DNA from: Candidatus Eiseniibacteriota bacterium
Lineage (GTDB): Bacteria; Eisenbacteria; RBG-16-71-46
Assembly: GCA_023249845.1 (NCBI GenBank)
Contig: JAHFBW010000002.1
Span: 1 to 50,657 of the forward strand
Length of the DNA: 50,657 nucleotides
Reading direction: 5' to 3'
The translations under genes and the position numbers were made by a program. Shown in pieces: positions 16,609 to 25,977 of this stretch (its first letter is position 1; every line of letters starts with the position of its first letter). Under the pieces are notes generated by a model. That model saw nothing but the letters and a program-made list of their open reading frames with translations, searched no databases and was not told the DNA's origin.

Positions 16609-17793
16609 CTACTTCTTCTCCCCCAGCTCACGGCGCAGCTCCTGGAGCTCGCGCCGGAGTTGGCGAAGTTCCTCGCGGAGGTCTTCGTCGCTCCCCGCTT
16701 CGTCCTTCGCCTTCCATCGATACACCTGGGGGAGCTTGCCGGGTTCCGGAATTCGAATGTTGAAGCGCTTCCCGTTCGGGCTGTAGAACATGCCGTCTGA
16801 GCCCCAGGCCTTCTCCAGCTCGGCCTTGATGGTGCGGCGCACGCCCTTGCGCAGCAGCACGATGTCCACGCTGCCGTCGTGCCCGCGGAGCGCCTTCACG
16901 AGAGCGGCGGGGTCGGACACGCTTTCGCCGTCGACGCGCACGATCACGTCACCCGCGCGCACCCCGGCCTTCTGGGCCGGCGTGTTCTCGAGCACCTGCA
17001 CCACGAGCACGCCCTCGTCGCCTTCGACCCCGAGCACCTGCGCCAGGTCGTCGGTGAGCCTCTCGACGCGCACGCCGAGCCGGCCGCGACCCATCGGCGT
17101 GAACGCCCAGCCGCTCCCGTCGTCGCTGCTCCAGCCGCGCATGCCTGGAATGTCCTTGAGCTTCTTGAGACCTTCGAACTCCTTCAGGTCTTTCGGGCTC
17201 ATGAAGTGCTCGCCGTCCAACTCCTTCAAGTAGTCGTCCATCTCCTCGTCGGTGAGCTCGCGGCCGTTGACGATCATGCGGCGATGCACCGTGCCATCGT
17301 CGTCGCGCTCGCTGTCGCGGGGCGCGCGCGGCGCACGCGGGGCTCGCGGCGCGGCGGGCGGTTCAGGCGTGTCGGGCACGGGCGCCATCCGCGGCACCCG
17401 GGTGTCGAACGAGTCGTCGCCACTGTCGTTCGTGTCGCCGACCTTCACCTCGAGAGTGCGCCGGCCGCCATCACGCCACACGCTCAACGACACGGTGCGG
17501 CCGGGCGCGGTGTCGCGCACCAGCCGGCGGAGTTCCTCGGGCTCGGTCACCGAACGCGAGTTGTAGCTCAGGATGACGTCGCCATTCTCGAGCCCGGCGC
17601 GATCGGCGGGGCTGTCGGGCGACACGCTGGTGACGAGCAGCCCATCGCGCGTCAGGTCGAGTTCGCGTCGCTGGTCGGCGTCGATGGACTGCGTGGTCAC
17701 GCCCAACCAGCCCTGGCCGGCGGCAAGCGCGGAAGTGGCGGCCGCCGCGACCAGCGTCATGGCGAGCGCCAGAACGGGCATCTTGAATCGCAT
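16609..17793 (-). CDS. periplasmic protein with two PDZ domains and a C-terminal coiled coil (no protease domain)
   Basis: A GAGGAGG RBS precedes the ATG at 17793, and the signal peptide is MRFKMPVLALAMTLVAAAATSALA. The PDZ motifs are GWLGV...PADRAGL.NGDVI and LGV...PAQKAGVRAGDVI. A PRAPRAPRAPR linker is present. Confidence 0.8.
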   Translation of the reverse strand: MRFKMPVLALAMTLVAAAATSALAAGQGWLGVTTQSIDADQRRELDLTRDGLLVTSVSPDSPADRAGLENGDVILSYNSRSVTEPEELRRLVRDTAPGRTVSLSVWRDGGRRTLEVKVGDTNDSGDDSFDTRVPRMAPVPDTPEPPAAPRAPRAPRAPRDSERDDDGTVHRRMIVNGRELTDEEMDDYLKELDGEHFMSPKDLKEFEGLKKLKDIPGMRGWSSDDGSGWAFTPMGRGRLGVRVERLTDDLAQVLGVEGDEGVLVVQVLENTPAQKAGVRAGDVIVRVDGESVSDPAALVKALRGHDGSVDIVLLRKGVRRTIKAELEKAWGSDGMFYSPNGKRFNIRIPEPGKLPQVYRWKAKDEAGSDEDLREELRQLRRELQELRRELGEKK

Positions 17794-17997
17794 GGGATTC
17801 CTCCTCGGTGAGTTCCCGGCTCGTGGGGGCCGCCGGGCGGCTTGCGACTCACGAAAGGCTCGGGCTAGCGTGGAACTTCTCGTACGGGGATCATTCATGC
17901 ATCGCGGGAATAGACAGGCGGATGGGCGGAATGGTTCCGCCCGCGCCGCCAGATTCCTCCGAACGCGGGCCAGAACGCGCGGCTTCCGGGAGCACCC

Positions 17998-19395
17998 ATG
18001 AAGGTCAGGGACGTGTTAACCCTCGACGTCGCGGACGTGGCGCTGGGCGGCAAGGCGCTGGCTCGGGTCGAGGGACAGGTGGTGTTCGTGGACCGCGGGC
18101 TCCCCGGCGACCGCGTGACGGCTCTCGTCACCAAGGCCAACCGGCGTTTCGCCGAGGCCCGCTTCACCGGGCTCAAGACCGCTGCCGCCGGACGCGTCGC
18201 CGCACGCTGCGCGCACGTGGACCAGTGCGGCGGCTGCCGGTTCCAGGAGCTGCCCTACGCCGAGCAGGCAGCGTTGAAGCAGCGCCAGGTCCGCGAAGCG
18301 CTGCAGCATCTGGGAGGGTTCGCCGACCCCCCGGTGAGCGAGATCGTGCCCGCGCCCTCGCCGTGGCACTACCGGAACAAGATGGAATTCTCGTTCGCGC
18401 CGGTCCCCGGCACGTCGGCCGAGGCCGGACGCGAGTCGGCCGTGCTCGGACTGCACGAGCGCGGCACGTACGACCGCGTGTTCGCCCTGCGCGAGTGCTG
18501 GCTGCCGTCACCGCTCACGGTGGAGATCGTGCGCTTCACGCAGGAGTTCGCGCGCGCGCACGGCTGGCGCGCGTACCACCCGTCGCGCCATGACGGCGTC
18601 GCGCGATTCTTGACCATACGCCACCTGCCGCACACGGCGAGCTGCGCCGTGCACCTGGTGGCCGCGTCCGAGTCGCTCGCTGGCCTCGACGCGTGGGCGC
18701 GGGGCGTTGCGGCGCTGTCGCCCGAGGTGCGCACGATCACGCTGGGCCTGAATCGCGGCCGCGCGCACGTGGCGTTCGCCGAGGAGGAGCGCCCGCTCGT
18801 GGGCGACGGCGTGATCGTGGAGCGGCTCCTCGGCCTCGAGTTCGAAGTGGTGGGTAACGCGTTCCTGCAGACCAACAGCGCCCAAGCCGAGCAGCTCTAC
18901 GAGGGCGCGCTCGCCGCGGCCCGGCTGACGGGCGGCGAGAGCGTGCTGGACCTCTATTCCGGCGCGGGCACGCTGACGCTCGTGTTCGCGCGCGCCGCAG
19001 CGCACGTGGTGGGCGTCGAGAGCGTGGCAGACTCGGTCGAGCGCGCACGCCGGAACGCCACGCGCAACGGCCTCGCGAATGCGCGCTTCGAGTTGGGCGA
19101 ATCGCGCGCCGTGCTGCGCGAATGGGCGCGGGGCGAGCGCGCAGGCGTGTTCCGGCCGGATGTGGTCGTGGTGGATCCGCCGCGCGCCGGGCTCCACCCG
19201 CGCGTCGTGGCGCGCGTGGCCGAGCTCGAACCCTCGCGCATCGTCTATGTGTCGTGCAACCCCGCGACGCTGGCGCGCGATCTCAAGGATTTCGCGGCAC
19301 GGGGCTGGCGGCCCGCCGAGGTGAAGCCCTACGACATGTTCCCGCACACGCCGCACATCGAATGCGTCACGCGGCTCGAGCGCGCGAACACTTGA
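17998..19395 (+). CDS. rlmD: 23S rRNA (uracil-5-)-methyltransferase, RlmD/RumA family
   Basis: It has an N-terminal TRAM region, the Fe-S cysteines CAHVDQCGGCRFQ, a SAM motif LDLYSGAGT, and a catalytic VSCNPATLARD. Confidence 0.85.
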   Translation: MKVRDVLTLDVADVALGGKALARVEGQVVFVDRGLPGDRVTALVTKANRRFAEARFTGLKTAAAGRVAARCAHVDQCGGCRFQELPYAEQAALKQRQVREALQHLGGFADPPVSEIVPAPSPWHYRNKMEFSFAPVPGTSAEAGRESAVLGLHERGTYDRVFALRECWLPSPLTVEIVRFTQEFARAHGWRAYHPSRHDGVARFLTIRHLPHTASCAVHLVAASESLAGLDAWARGVAALSPEVRTITLGLNRGRAHVAFAEEERPLVGDGVIVERLLGLEFEVVGNAFLQTNSAQAEQLYEGALAAARLTGGESVLDLYSGAGTLTLVFARAAAHVVGVESVADSVERARRNATRNGLANARFELGESRAVLREWARGERAGVFRPDVVVVDPPRAGLHPRVVARVAELEPSRIVYVSCNPATLARDLKDFAARGWRPAEVKPYDMFPHTPHIECVTRLERANT

Positions 19396-19460
19396 TTCGC
19401 GGTGTATTCCTGACAAACCTCTGCGGGACGCCGCGCGCGCGCGTGATACGCTTTGCGGTC

Positions 19461-20210
19461 ATGCGTACGCCCCTGCTATTCGTCGCCGCCCTGGCGCTCG
19501 TGGCCTTCCCGGTCCACGCCCAAGAGACTGTCGCGGCCGACTCGGGCCGGTTCATCGTGTTCCAGGGCTCGGTTCCCGTGGCGCACGAGAACTTCGCGTT
19601 CCAGTGGATGGGCGACTCGCTGTTGATCACCGCGCTCTGCCAACGAACTCTCCTCGACGAGCAGGGGGGGCGCCACCCGTTCCGGAAGAGTCTCTCGATG
19701 GTGGTGGACTCCCGCGACCTGGGCCTGACGCGCTACACGTCGGTTCAGGAGTTCCAGGGCCACACGTTGACGCGCGGACTCGTGCCGGGTGATACGTCGA
19801 TCACGTATTTCGGGGAGCTGGACGGCGGCGGCAATGCGATGCGTCTCGCGCAACCCCCGGGCCGGCTCTACGTCATGGACAGCCAGTTGTTCTCGCTGTT
19901 CGAAGTGCTATGCCGGAGCCTGGCGCCCAAGACGTTCGCGATGCGGCGCGTGCAGCTCCTGGCACTCTCGGACTCCATGACCACGCCGCTCGCAACGGTC
20001 ACGCTCCGCAAGCCGGACACGCTGCGCGTGGGCAGCCGTCGCGTGCCGACCAAGCACTACACGTTCGCGGATGAGAGCGTGAGCTTCGAGCTGTGGGCGG
20101 ACGATCGCGGGCGCATGATGCGGCTCACGCACGACGAGAGCGAACTGCACGTCGAGCGCGAGCCCGACGCGCCAACGCCCGTTCGCCGACGCGCGCGCGG
20201 CGCGCGCTAA
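19461..20210 (+). CDS. secreted hypothetical protein
   Basis: The signal peptide is MRTPLLFVAALALVAFPVHA. GC3 is good, and I recognise no motif. Confidence 0.6.
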   Translation: MRTPLLFVAALALVAFPVHAQETVAADSGRFIVFQGSVPVAHENFAFQWMGDSLLITALCQRTLLDEQGGRHPFRKSLSMVVDSRDLGLTRYTSVQEFQGHTLTRGLVPGDTSITYFGELDGGGNAMRLAQPPGRLYVMDSQLFSLFEVLCRSLAPKTFAMRRVQLLALSDSMTTPLATVTLRKPDTLRVGSRRVPTKHYTFADESVSFELWADDRGRMMRLTHDESELHVEREPDAPTPVRRRARGAR

Positions 20211-21703
20211 CGCGCCGCCGTCGCCCGCCGCTCCAGCCAGCGCACGAGCAGCCGCACGCCGAACGCGTTTGGACCCCGCGAGCAATCGGGGCGATCGCCG
20301 TAGTTCCACGCCGTGCTCGCGATGTCGAGGTGCGCCCACGGCAAGGTGCCCGCGAAGTGCGCCAAGAACGCCGCCGCGGTGCACGAGGCGCCCTCGCGCC
20401 GTTCGTTCGAGTTCACCAGATCGGCGGTGTCGCTGCGCATCTCGGCCAGGAAGTCGGACCACAGCGGCATGCGCCACAGCCGCTCGCCGGTCTCCTCGCC
20501 GGCGCGGTGAAGTTCTGCGGCGAGCGTCTCGTCGCGCGTGAACAGCCCCGCCGCCTGCCGGCCGAGCGCGATCGAGATGGCGCCGGTGAGCGTGGCCAAG
20601 TCCACCACCGCGTCGGGCTTCCAGCGCCGCGCGTATACGAGCGCGTCCGCGAGTAACAGGCGGCCCTCGGCATCGGTGTTCGTGACTTCGATCGTCGTGC
20701 CGTCCATCGCCCGCACGACATCGCCGGGCTTGATCGCCCGGCCACCGGTGACGTTCTCGGCGCTCGGAATCAAGCCCACGAGCCGGAACGGCAGCTCGAG
20801 TGCGTCGAGCGAGGCGAAGAGCCCGATCACGGCCGCGGCGCCGCTCATGTCGTACTTCATCTTGCTCATGCCCTCGCGTGGCTTGAGCGAGACACCGCCG
20901 GTGTCGAACGTGACGCCCTTCCCGATCACGACCACCGTGGGCACGCGCGCCTGCTTCTTCGCCACGCTCGCCTCGCGCACGAGCTCGATGAACCGCGGCG
21001 GATGCGGGCTCCCGCGCCCGACGGCGAGCACGCAACCCATGCCGAGCCGTTCCATCGCGGCCACGTCGTATACCGTGGCCTTGGCGCGGACGCGTCTGGC
21101 GATCTCTCGCGCGCGCTCGGCAAGCGCTGCCGGCGGCAGGTCCTGGCCCGGCGTGTTCGCGAGTTCGCGCGCCAAGCCCACCGCCTCGCCACGCGTCACA
21201 CCCGCCGCGAGCGCCTCGCGCGCGGCGGCGCCCGGCGGTCGCGGGGCAAGCAGAAGAGCGCGCTTGAGTGCGGCCTTGCCGCCGTTCGAGAGGTACGCGG
21301 TGTGGCGCTGGTGACCGAGCACCAGGCCTTCTCCGATCGCCCGCCAGGAATCGTCGCTCGGAACCGGCAGCGCCAGGGCGAGTGTTCCGGCGCCCAGTTC
21401 GCGCGCACGACGCGCCGCGGTGGCCGCGGCGAGGTAGAGCGCACGGTCGTCCGCATTGTGCCCGGCACCGAGCCCGATCACGAGCACGCGTTTCGCGCGC
21501 ACGCCGTTCGGGTAGAGCAGCGCCGTCTCGCCGCTCTTCCCGGTGAAGTCGCCGGCGGCGCGCAGTGCCTTCAACGCGCCGCGCGTGGCCGCATCGAGCC
21601 GCGCGGCGGGACTGCCGCGCTGCGCTTCGCCCTCGGCGACGCCGACAGCCAGCAATCCCACGGGGCGCGTCGCGAGCGATGCGGCGCTCAGGGAACAGTT
21701 CAT
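20207..21703 (-). CDS. pepA: leucyl aminopeptidase (M17)
   Basis: Motifs VTFDTGGVSLK and NTDAEGRLLLADAL are present. The ATG at 21703 has a GGAGG RBS. Confidence 0.9.
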   Translation of the reverse strand: MNCSLSAASLATRPVGLLAVGVAEGEAQRGSPAARLDAATRGALKALRAAGDFTGKSGETALLYPNGVRAKRVLVIGLGAGHNADDRALYLAAATAARRARELGAGTLALALPVPSDDSWRAIGEGLVLGHQRHTAYLSNGGKAALKRALLLAPRPPGAAAREALAAGVTRGEAVGLARELANTPGQDLPPAALAERAREIARRVRAKATVYDVAAMERLGMGCVLAVGRGSPHPPRFIELVREASVAKKQARVPTVVVIGKGVTFDTGGVSLKPREGMSKMKYDMSGAAAVIGLFASLDALELPFRLVGLIPSAENVTGGRAIKPGDVVRAMDGTTIEVTNTDAEGRLLLADALVYARRWKPDAVVDLATLTGAISIALGRQAAGLFTRDETLAAELHRAGEETGERLWRMPLWSDFLAEMRSDTADLVNSNERREGASCTAAAFLAHFAGTLPWAHLDIASTAWNYGDRPDCSRGPNAFGVRLLVRWLERRATAAR

Positions 21704-22036
21704 TTCGGCGACCTCCACCGGAGTGCGAGTTCGTGACGAAATCATGACCGGGAACCGAGATCAATTCGCATCGCGTGGACCTGCAATGCGAACCGCCTGC
21801 GCTCGCTGGACTTCCACGCGCGGGCCGCGACGAGAGCACTATCAGACGTGTCGAGTGAGGCCAACCCAGCGGCCCGGAGTTTGCACTCGAGCGCGCCGGC
21901 GGGGTTGCGCATCATCGATTCGGCGGGCATTCTGTGCCAGCCATTCCGCAGGATTCGCGGATCGCAGCCGTGCTCCCCCCACTCCGTATCGCCCCCAGCC
22001 CCGGCATGGAAGCCGGGTCCGCATGGAGGACTTCTC

Positions 22037-22813
22037 ATGATCAGCCGTCGCGCCTCTACTTCTCTGCTTGCTCTCCTCGCTGTCGCGTTCCTCGCGGGTT
22101 GCGGCCAGAAACCAGCCGACCAGACGGCGGGGACGGCCAGCAGCGACAGCCTGCTGGCTTCGAGCCCCATCGAGCCTGCCCCGGGCCAACTGCAGCCGCA
22201 GACCGACTTCCAGCCGCAGACCACGCCGCCGGCCACCACGCCCACGCCGGCGCCCAAGACCGAGAAGCCGCCCGCGCCCAAGCCGACGCCGGCGCCCGCT
22301 CCCACCGCAACGGTCGCGGCCGGGACGGGACTCAAGGTCACCATGACGTCCGCGCTCACGTCGGAGTCCGCGTCGGTGGGACAGGAGTGGACCGGCGCGA
22401 TCGCCGAAGCCGTGGTCGTGGGCAAGATGGCGCCGTTCCCCGCCGGCAGCACCGTGCATGGCGTGGTGGAGGGCGTGAAGCCGGCGGCCAAGGGCGACCG
22501 TGCGGTGCTCGTGCTGCGCGTCACGTCCATCGAGGCGAACGGCAAGACACAGAACATCAGCGCCACGGCGGACAGCCTTATCGCCGGCTCGACCCGCGCG
22601 CGCAACGTTGGCGCGGTGGCGGGTGGCGCGGCGGCGGGCGCCTTGATCGGCCGCGCCGTCGGCGGCTCGGGCAAGGGCGCGCTGATCGGCGGCATCCTGG
22701 GCGGCGCGGCCGCCACGGGGGCGGTGGCGTCGAGCAAGGGCTATCAGGTCACCGTGAAGGAAGGGGCCGAGCTGGTGTTCACGGTGGATCGCGACACCAA
22801 GCTCAAGCTGTAA
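22037..22813 (+). CDS. lipoprotein with Pro/Thr-rich linker and C-terminal glycine-zipper
   Basis: A GGAGGA RBS precedes the start, and the lipobox is LLAVAFLAGC. The glycine-zipper region reads AVAGGAAAGALIGRAVGGSGKGALIGGILGGAAATGA. Confidence 0.7.
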   Translation: MISRRASTSLLALLAVAFLAGCGQKPADQTAGTASSDSLLASSPIEPAPGQLQPQTDFQPQTTPPATTPTPAPKTEKPPAPKPTPAPAPTATVAAGTGLKVTMTSALTSESASVGQEWTGAIAEAVVVGKMAPFPAGSTVHGVVEGVKPAAKGDRAVLVLRVTSIEANGKTQNISATADSLIAGSTRARNVGAVAGGAAAGALIGRAVGGSGKGALIGGILGGAAATGAVASSKGYQVTVKEGAELVFTVDRDTKLKL

Positions 22814-23115
22814 CCGACCCGAGAACTCGCAGCGCACACGCGGCGCGGCCCTGAACGGGGTCGCGCCGCGGCGCATTCGGCCCGGCGCCGCCAGCGATCC
22901 CGATTGTCCCCATGGGTTCCCGCGTTCTCCGGGGGATGTCCGGTGCGGTACACGCGGCGCCCGCGCGGTGCACAGCCGGTGTTGCGGCGCAACGGATTAG
23001 GCTTGTGCAAGCGATGGCACGCGTGGTGCAGTCCTGAAGCGCCGTGAGCACCCGCTCCCTGCCCTGGAGGCTCGCTCGCGGTCACTCTCGCGGCCGCATC
23101 GATGGAGGTCCCGCT

Positions 23116-24030
23116 ATGTCGCATCATCGTTGGCTCGGCATCCTTGCCCTCGGCGCGCTTGCACTCGCCGGCTGCGGCAAGACCAGTTCACTTGAGTCCC
23201 CCGCCGCCTCAGGCCCTGCGACCGGGTCCGACGAAGCAGCGGTGGCGCAAGTCGTCCAATCCAACCCCGACTTCGTGAGTGAGCCGGTATGGCAGGACCA
23301 GACGCCCACGACCGTGGAGGGCGACGCCCAGGGCTTCGCGGCCATCCGTCCGCTGCGCTTCTGGCGAGAGATCACGCAGATCGAGAGCGACATCCACACC
23401 GAGTTCGGCAACCCGGACCCGAACGGCCGCCCGACGCTCGCGCTGGTCACCGTCAGGCGCCACCTGCACGGCTCGTTCAACATCGTGGCCGGCGAAGTGC
23501 CCGTGGGGGACACGTCGCGCGTGCTCGTGCGCAAGCCGCTCGACGATCTGTGGACGCGAAAAGTGGCGCTCGTGCGCATGCCGGCCCCTGACGACACGGG
23601 GCTCACGCGCTGGCACCTTGCAGGAACCTCCGGCGTGGACGTGCGCACGCGAGCCGGCCAGACACGTGTGCTGAGTCTGCGCATCGAGGCCGCCGACATG
23701 GACACCACGATCACCGACCCGCTCGAGCTGCACCGCCTGCGTCACATCCTGAGATTCGTGCCGGCCACCGAGGTGCGGCTCACCGCCACCACGGCTGACC
23801 CCAGTGACGTGGTGTTGTTCTACGGAAATGACCTGCGCCGCCGTTTCAAGAACAATGGCGGCGGGACGCATTCGTTCGTATTCCCCGTCAGCACGTTCCC
23901 GGGCCTGCGCCACTTCGGTGTGGACGCGCTCTCGCACGACACGCTGTTCGATGACGCGTTGCCGTACGACTCGAACGCGTGGATCTTCGCCTACGCGGTG
24001 ATCCCGATCCGATTGCCCGCGGGAAACTGA
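23116..24030 (+). CDS. lipoprotein, hypothetical
   Basis: A GGAGG RBS precedes the start, and the lipobox is LALGALALAGC. Confidence 0.65.
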   Translation: MSHHRWLGILALGALALAGCGKTSSLESPAASGPATGSDEAAVAQVVQSNPDFVSEPVWQDQTPTTVEGDAQGFAAIRPLRFWREITQIESDIHTEFGNPDPNGRPTLALVTVRRHLHGSFNIVAGEVPVGDTSRVLVRKPLDDLWTRKVALVRMPAPDDTGLTRWHLAGTSGVDVRTRAGQTRVLSLRIEAADMDTTITDPLELHRLRHILRFVPATEVRLTATTADPSDVVLFYGNDLRRRFKNNGGGTHSFVFPVSTFPGLRHFGVDALSHDTLFDDALPYDSNAWIFAYAVIPIRLPAGN

Positions 24031-24039
24031 CCCAGCTCG

Positions 24040-24086
24040 ACACGACAGGCGAACGGCCCGCTCCACTCGGAGCGGGCCGTCGTGTC
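24040..24086. terminator. bidirectional hairpin between convergent genes
   Basis: ACGGCCCGCTCC (24053-24064) pairs with GGAGCGGGCCGT (24069-24080) across an ACTC loop. The stem is extended by GACACGAC/GTCGTGTC. Only a weak T-rich tail follows. Confidence 0.45.
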
Positions 24087-24127
24087 TTGCGTCCCGCGAG
24101 GATACTCGCCGCGGCGAGGCACCGGCG

Positions 24128-24796
24128 TCAGTGCACCAGCGGCTTAGCGGCGCGAGCGCCCCACAGTTCGGCGAGCCGGCGATCGCGACCGCAGCCCAGC
24201 CGATAGCTGCGATAGCGGATCGGATCCTTCTTCCAGAAGTCCTGGTGATAGCCCTCGGCGGGCCAGAACGCCCCCGCGGCAACGATCTCGGTCACGATCG
24301 GCTGCTTGAGGACGTTCGACGCCTCGATCACGCGGCGGCTCTCCTCGGCCAGGCGCTTCTGGCGCTCGTCGTGGAAGAACACCACCGACCGATACTGGCG
24401 GCCGTGGTCGCAGAACTGGCCGTCGCCCTGCGTCGGATCGATGCCGTGCCAGAACAGGTCGAGCAGCTTCTCGTACGAGGTGACGGTGGGATCGAACGTG
24501 ATCTGGATGGATTCATAGTGCCCGGTGACGCCCGCGCTCACCTGTTCGTACGTGGGGCGCTGCTCGGGGCCGCCGGTGTATCCGGAGATCACGCTCTTGA
24601 CGCCGGGCTGCTGTTCGAACTGCGTCTCGCCGCACCAGAAACAGCCCATCGCGAACGTCGCAAGCTCGGTGCGCGCGGCCGCGGCGGGACGCGCGGGCGT
24701 GGTGGGCTTGGGCGTCACTGCCGTGGCGGTCGAGAGGCTGAGCGCTAGCGCCAGCAGTGCCAGAGATGGCGACAGGGCTCGACGAGCATGCGTCAT
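24128..24796 (-). CDS. msrA: peptide-methionine (S)-S-oxide reductase with signal peptide
   Basis: The active site is GCFWCGE. The ATG at 24796 has a GGAGG RBS, and the signal peptide is MTHARRALSPSLALLALALSLSTATA. Confidence 0.9.
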   Translation of the reverse strand: MTHARRALSPSLALLALALSLSTATAVTPKPTTPARPAAAARTELATFAMGCFWCGETQFEQQPGVKSVISGYTGGPEQRPTYEQVSAGVTGHYESIQITFDPTVTSYEKLLDLFWHGIDPTQGDGQFCDHGRQYRSVVFFHDERQKRLAEESRRVIEASNVLKQPIVTEIVAAGAFWPAEGYHQDFWKKDPIRYRSYRLGCGRDRRLAELWGARAAKPLVH

Positions 24797-24818
24797 GGTG
24801 GTCCTCCGGAGAGTTCTG

Positions 24819-24877
24819 CCCCGGACCATTCATGGGCGGCCGGTTTTCGCAGGCCCTGCGCTCATGAATCGCCGGGG
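24819..24877. repeat. mini-copy (about 57 bp hairpin) related to the 183-bp element
   Basis: CCGGACCATTCATGGGCGGCCGG...GCGCTCATGAATCGCCGGG matches the TIRs plus the right-arm sub-hairpin of the full element. Confidence 0.4.
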
Positions 24878-24960
24878 GTTTGCGGGCGCGAGTGAGTTGG
24901 ACGTAGAACGCGCGAGGCTCGGTCGCGTGACTCCTGGTGCGGTCAGGCCCCTGTCAGTTC

Positions 24961-25142
24961 TAGCCCGGACTATTCGTGAGCCCGTGGCCTGCGAGGGACG
25001 GCTGCCCATGAATCGCTGCGTTGAAGGCTTGGCCCGCTTCTGCGACGTGTCGCCGACAGGACTCCGTCGCGGGCCAAGCCTTCGCCTCGCGCTTCACGAG
25101 CATCCGTCCCTCTCGGCTCACGGTTCATGAATAGCCGGGCTA
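24961..25142 (-). mobile_element. 183-bp MITE-like element, copy C (inverted, more diverged)
   Basis: Its reverse complement aligns end to end with copies A and B. The ends are TAGCCCGGAC...TGAATAGCCGGGCTA, flanked by TA on both sides. Confidence 0.65.
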
Positions 25143-25673
25143 GGGCTCGGCTTCGTCGGCAGGCGGCGAGGAGCCGCGGCGCGTGAAGATCTCGGCCCAC
25201 TCTGCGAGCTCCTTCTTAGAGAGCTGGACGGGCTTGTCGGAAGCTTCGTCGCCAGTCCCCTCGCCCGATTCGCGCCCGATGTCGCCGAGCGCCGAGGCCA
25301 GGAACAAGTCGGCCAGCGACACGTCCGCGCCCTCCGCGCGCGCGTGACGGGCCACCTCGATGTCGGCGGTGACGACGGTGAGGCGCTCGTCGCCGCCTAC
25401 CCGCTGCTCGACGATTCGGCGGATGACGTCATCGGCCTTTTCCGGGAGTTTGGACCAGCGCACCTGGACGCGGCCCGTGAGCTCGTCGCGCCCGGACCCC
25501 TCGGCGCCGTCGAACACGATGATGAAGCGCGCGTCGTTGCCGCCCATCATCCATGACAGCAGGCTCACGAGCATGGCCCGAGATTCCTCGAGCGAGCGCC
25601 CCGGCCCCGGCCGGAGCCGCGGCGAGCGCAGGATCAGGTTGTACCCATCCACGATGACGAGCCGGGATTCCAT
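25140..25673 (-). CDS. NYN-domain (YacP/Rae1-like) predicted RNase
   Basis: It contains MESRLVIVDGYNLI...IIVFDG...TVVTAD, typical of the YacP family. I use the ATG at 25673. Confidence 0.75.
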   Translation of the reverse strand: MESRLVIVDGYNLILRSPRLRPGPGRSLEESRAMLVSLLSWMMGGNDARFIIVFDGAEGSGRDELTGRVQVRWSKLPEKADDVIRRIVEQRVGGDERLTVVTADIEVARHARAEGADVSLADLFLASALGDIGRESGEGTGDEASDKPVQLSKKELAEWAEIFTRRGSSPPADEAEP

Positions 25674-25723
25674 CCCCGCATGGTCCGGCCCACGACGCCA
25701 GCCGTCAACGAGCGCGCAGCTGT

Positions 25724-25934
25724 CGAGGGCGTGGTCGCGCGGAGAGCTTGCACGAGGAGCGCCCGGTGCCAACTCGGCCGAGGGCGTGGTCGCGTGGGGA
25801 TCTCGCACAGGGGGCGCCTGGACGTGGGCGGGAGGCAGGAAGCCGGAGCCCACGGCCAGACGAGCGAGGAGCGGCCAGGGATGGCCGCGACGAGCGTTCC
25901 CCTGTGCGAGATCCCCGCGCGACCACGCCCGACG
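25724..25934. repeat. three copies of a ~38-nt repeat (two direct, one inverted)
   Basis: The consensus is GGGCGTGGTCGCG(C/T)GG(G/A)GA(T/G)CT(C/T)GCAC(A/G)(G/A)GG. Copies lie at 25724-25764, 25779-25818 and, inverted, 25894-25934. Confidence 0.6.
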
Positions 25935-25977
25935 AATCAGCAGGCGTCTGCGAACGGCCTGCAAGGGGAACCGAGGG

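Noticed and set aside
17870-17900. GGGGATCATTCATG and a nearby CGGGCTA as another copy of the 183-bp element.
   Set aside because: Only about 13 nt match the TIR, and no internal element sequence or second end is at the right distance. At best it is a remnant, and I mention it under copy C only.
20207-20210. The 4-bp overlap (CTAA) of the convergent stop codons of 19461-20210 and pepA as a signature of an excised TA-targeting element.
   Set aside because: Overlapping convergent stops are common in compact genomes, and no repeat sequence is present at the site.
25724-25934. A possible degenerate CRISPR array, since the repeat length of about 38 nt is in the CRISPR range.
   Set aside because: There are only three copies. 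The gap between the two direct copies is about 14 nt, one copy is inverted, and there are no cas genes in the window.
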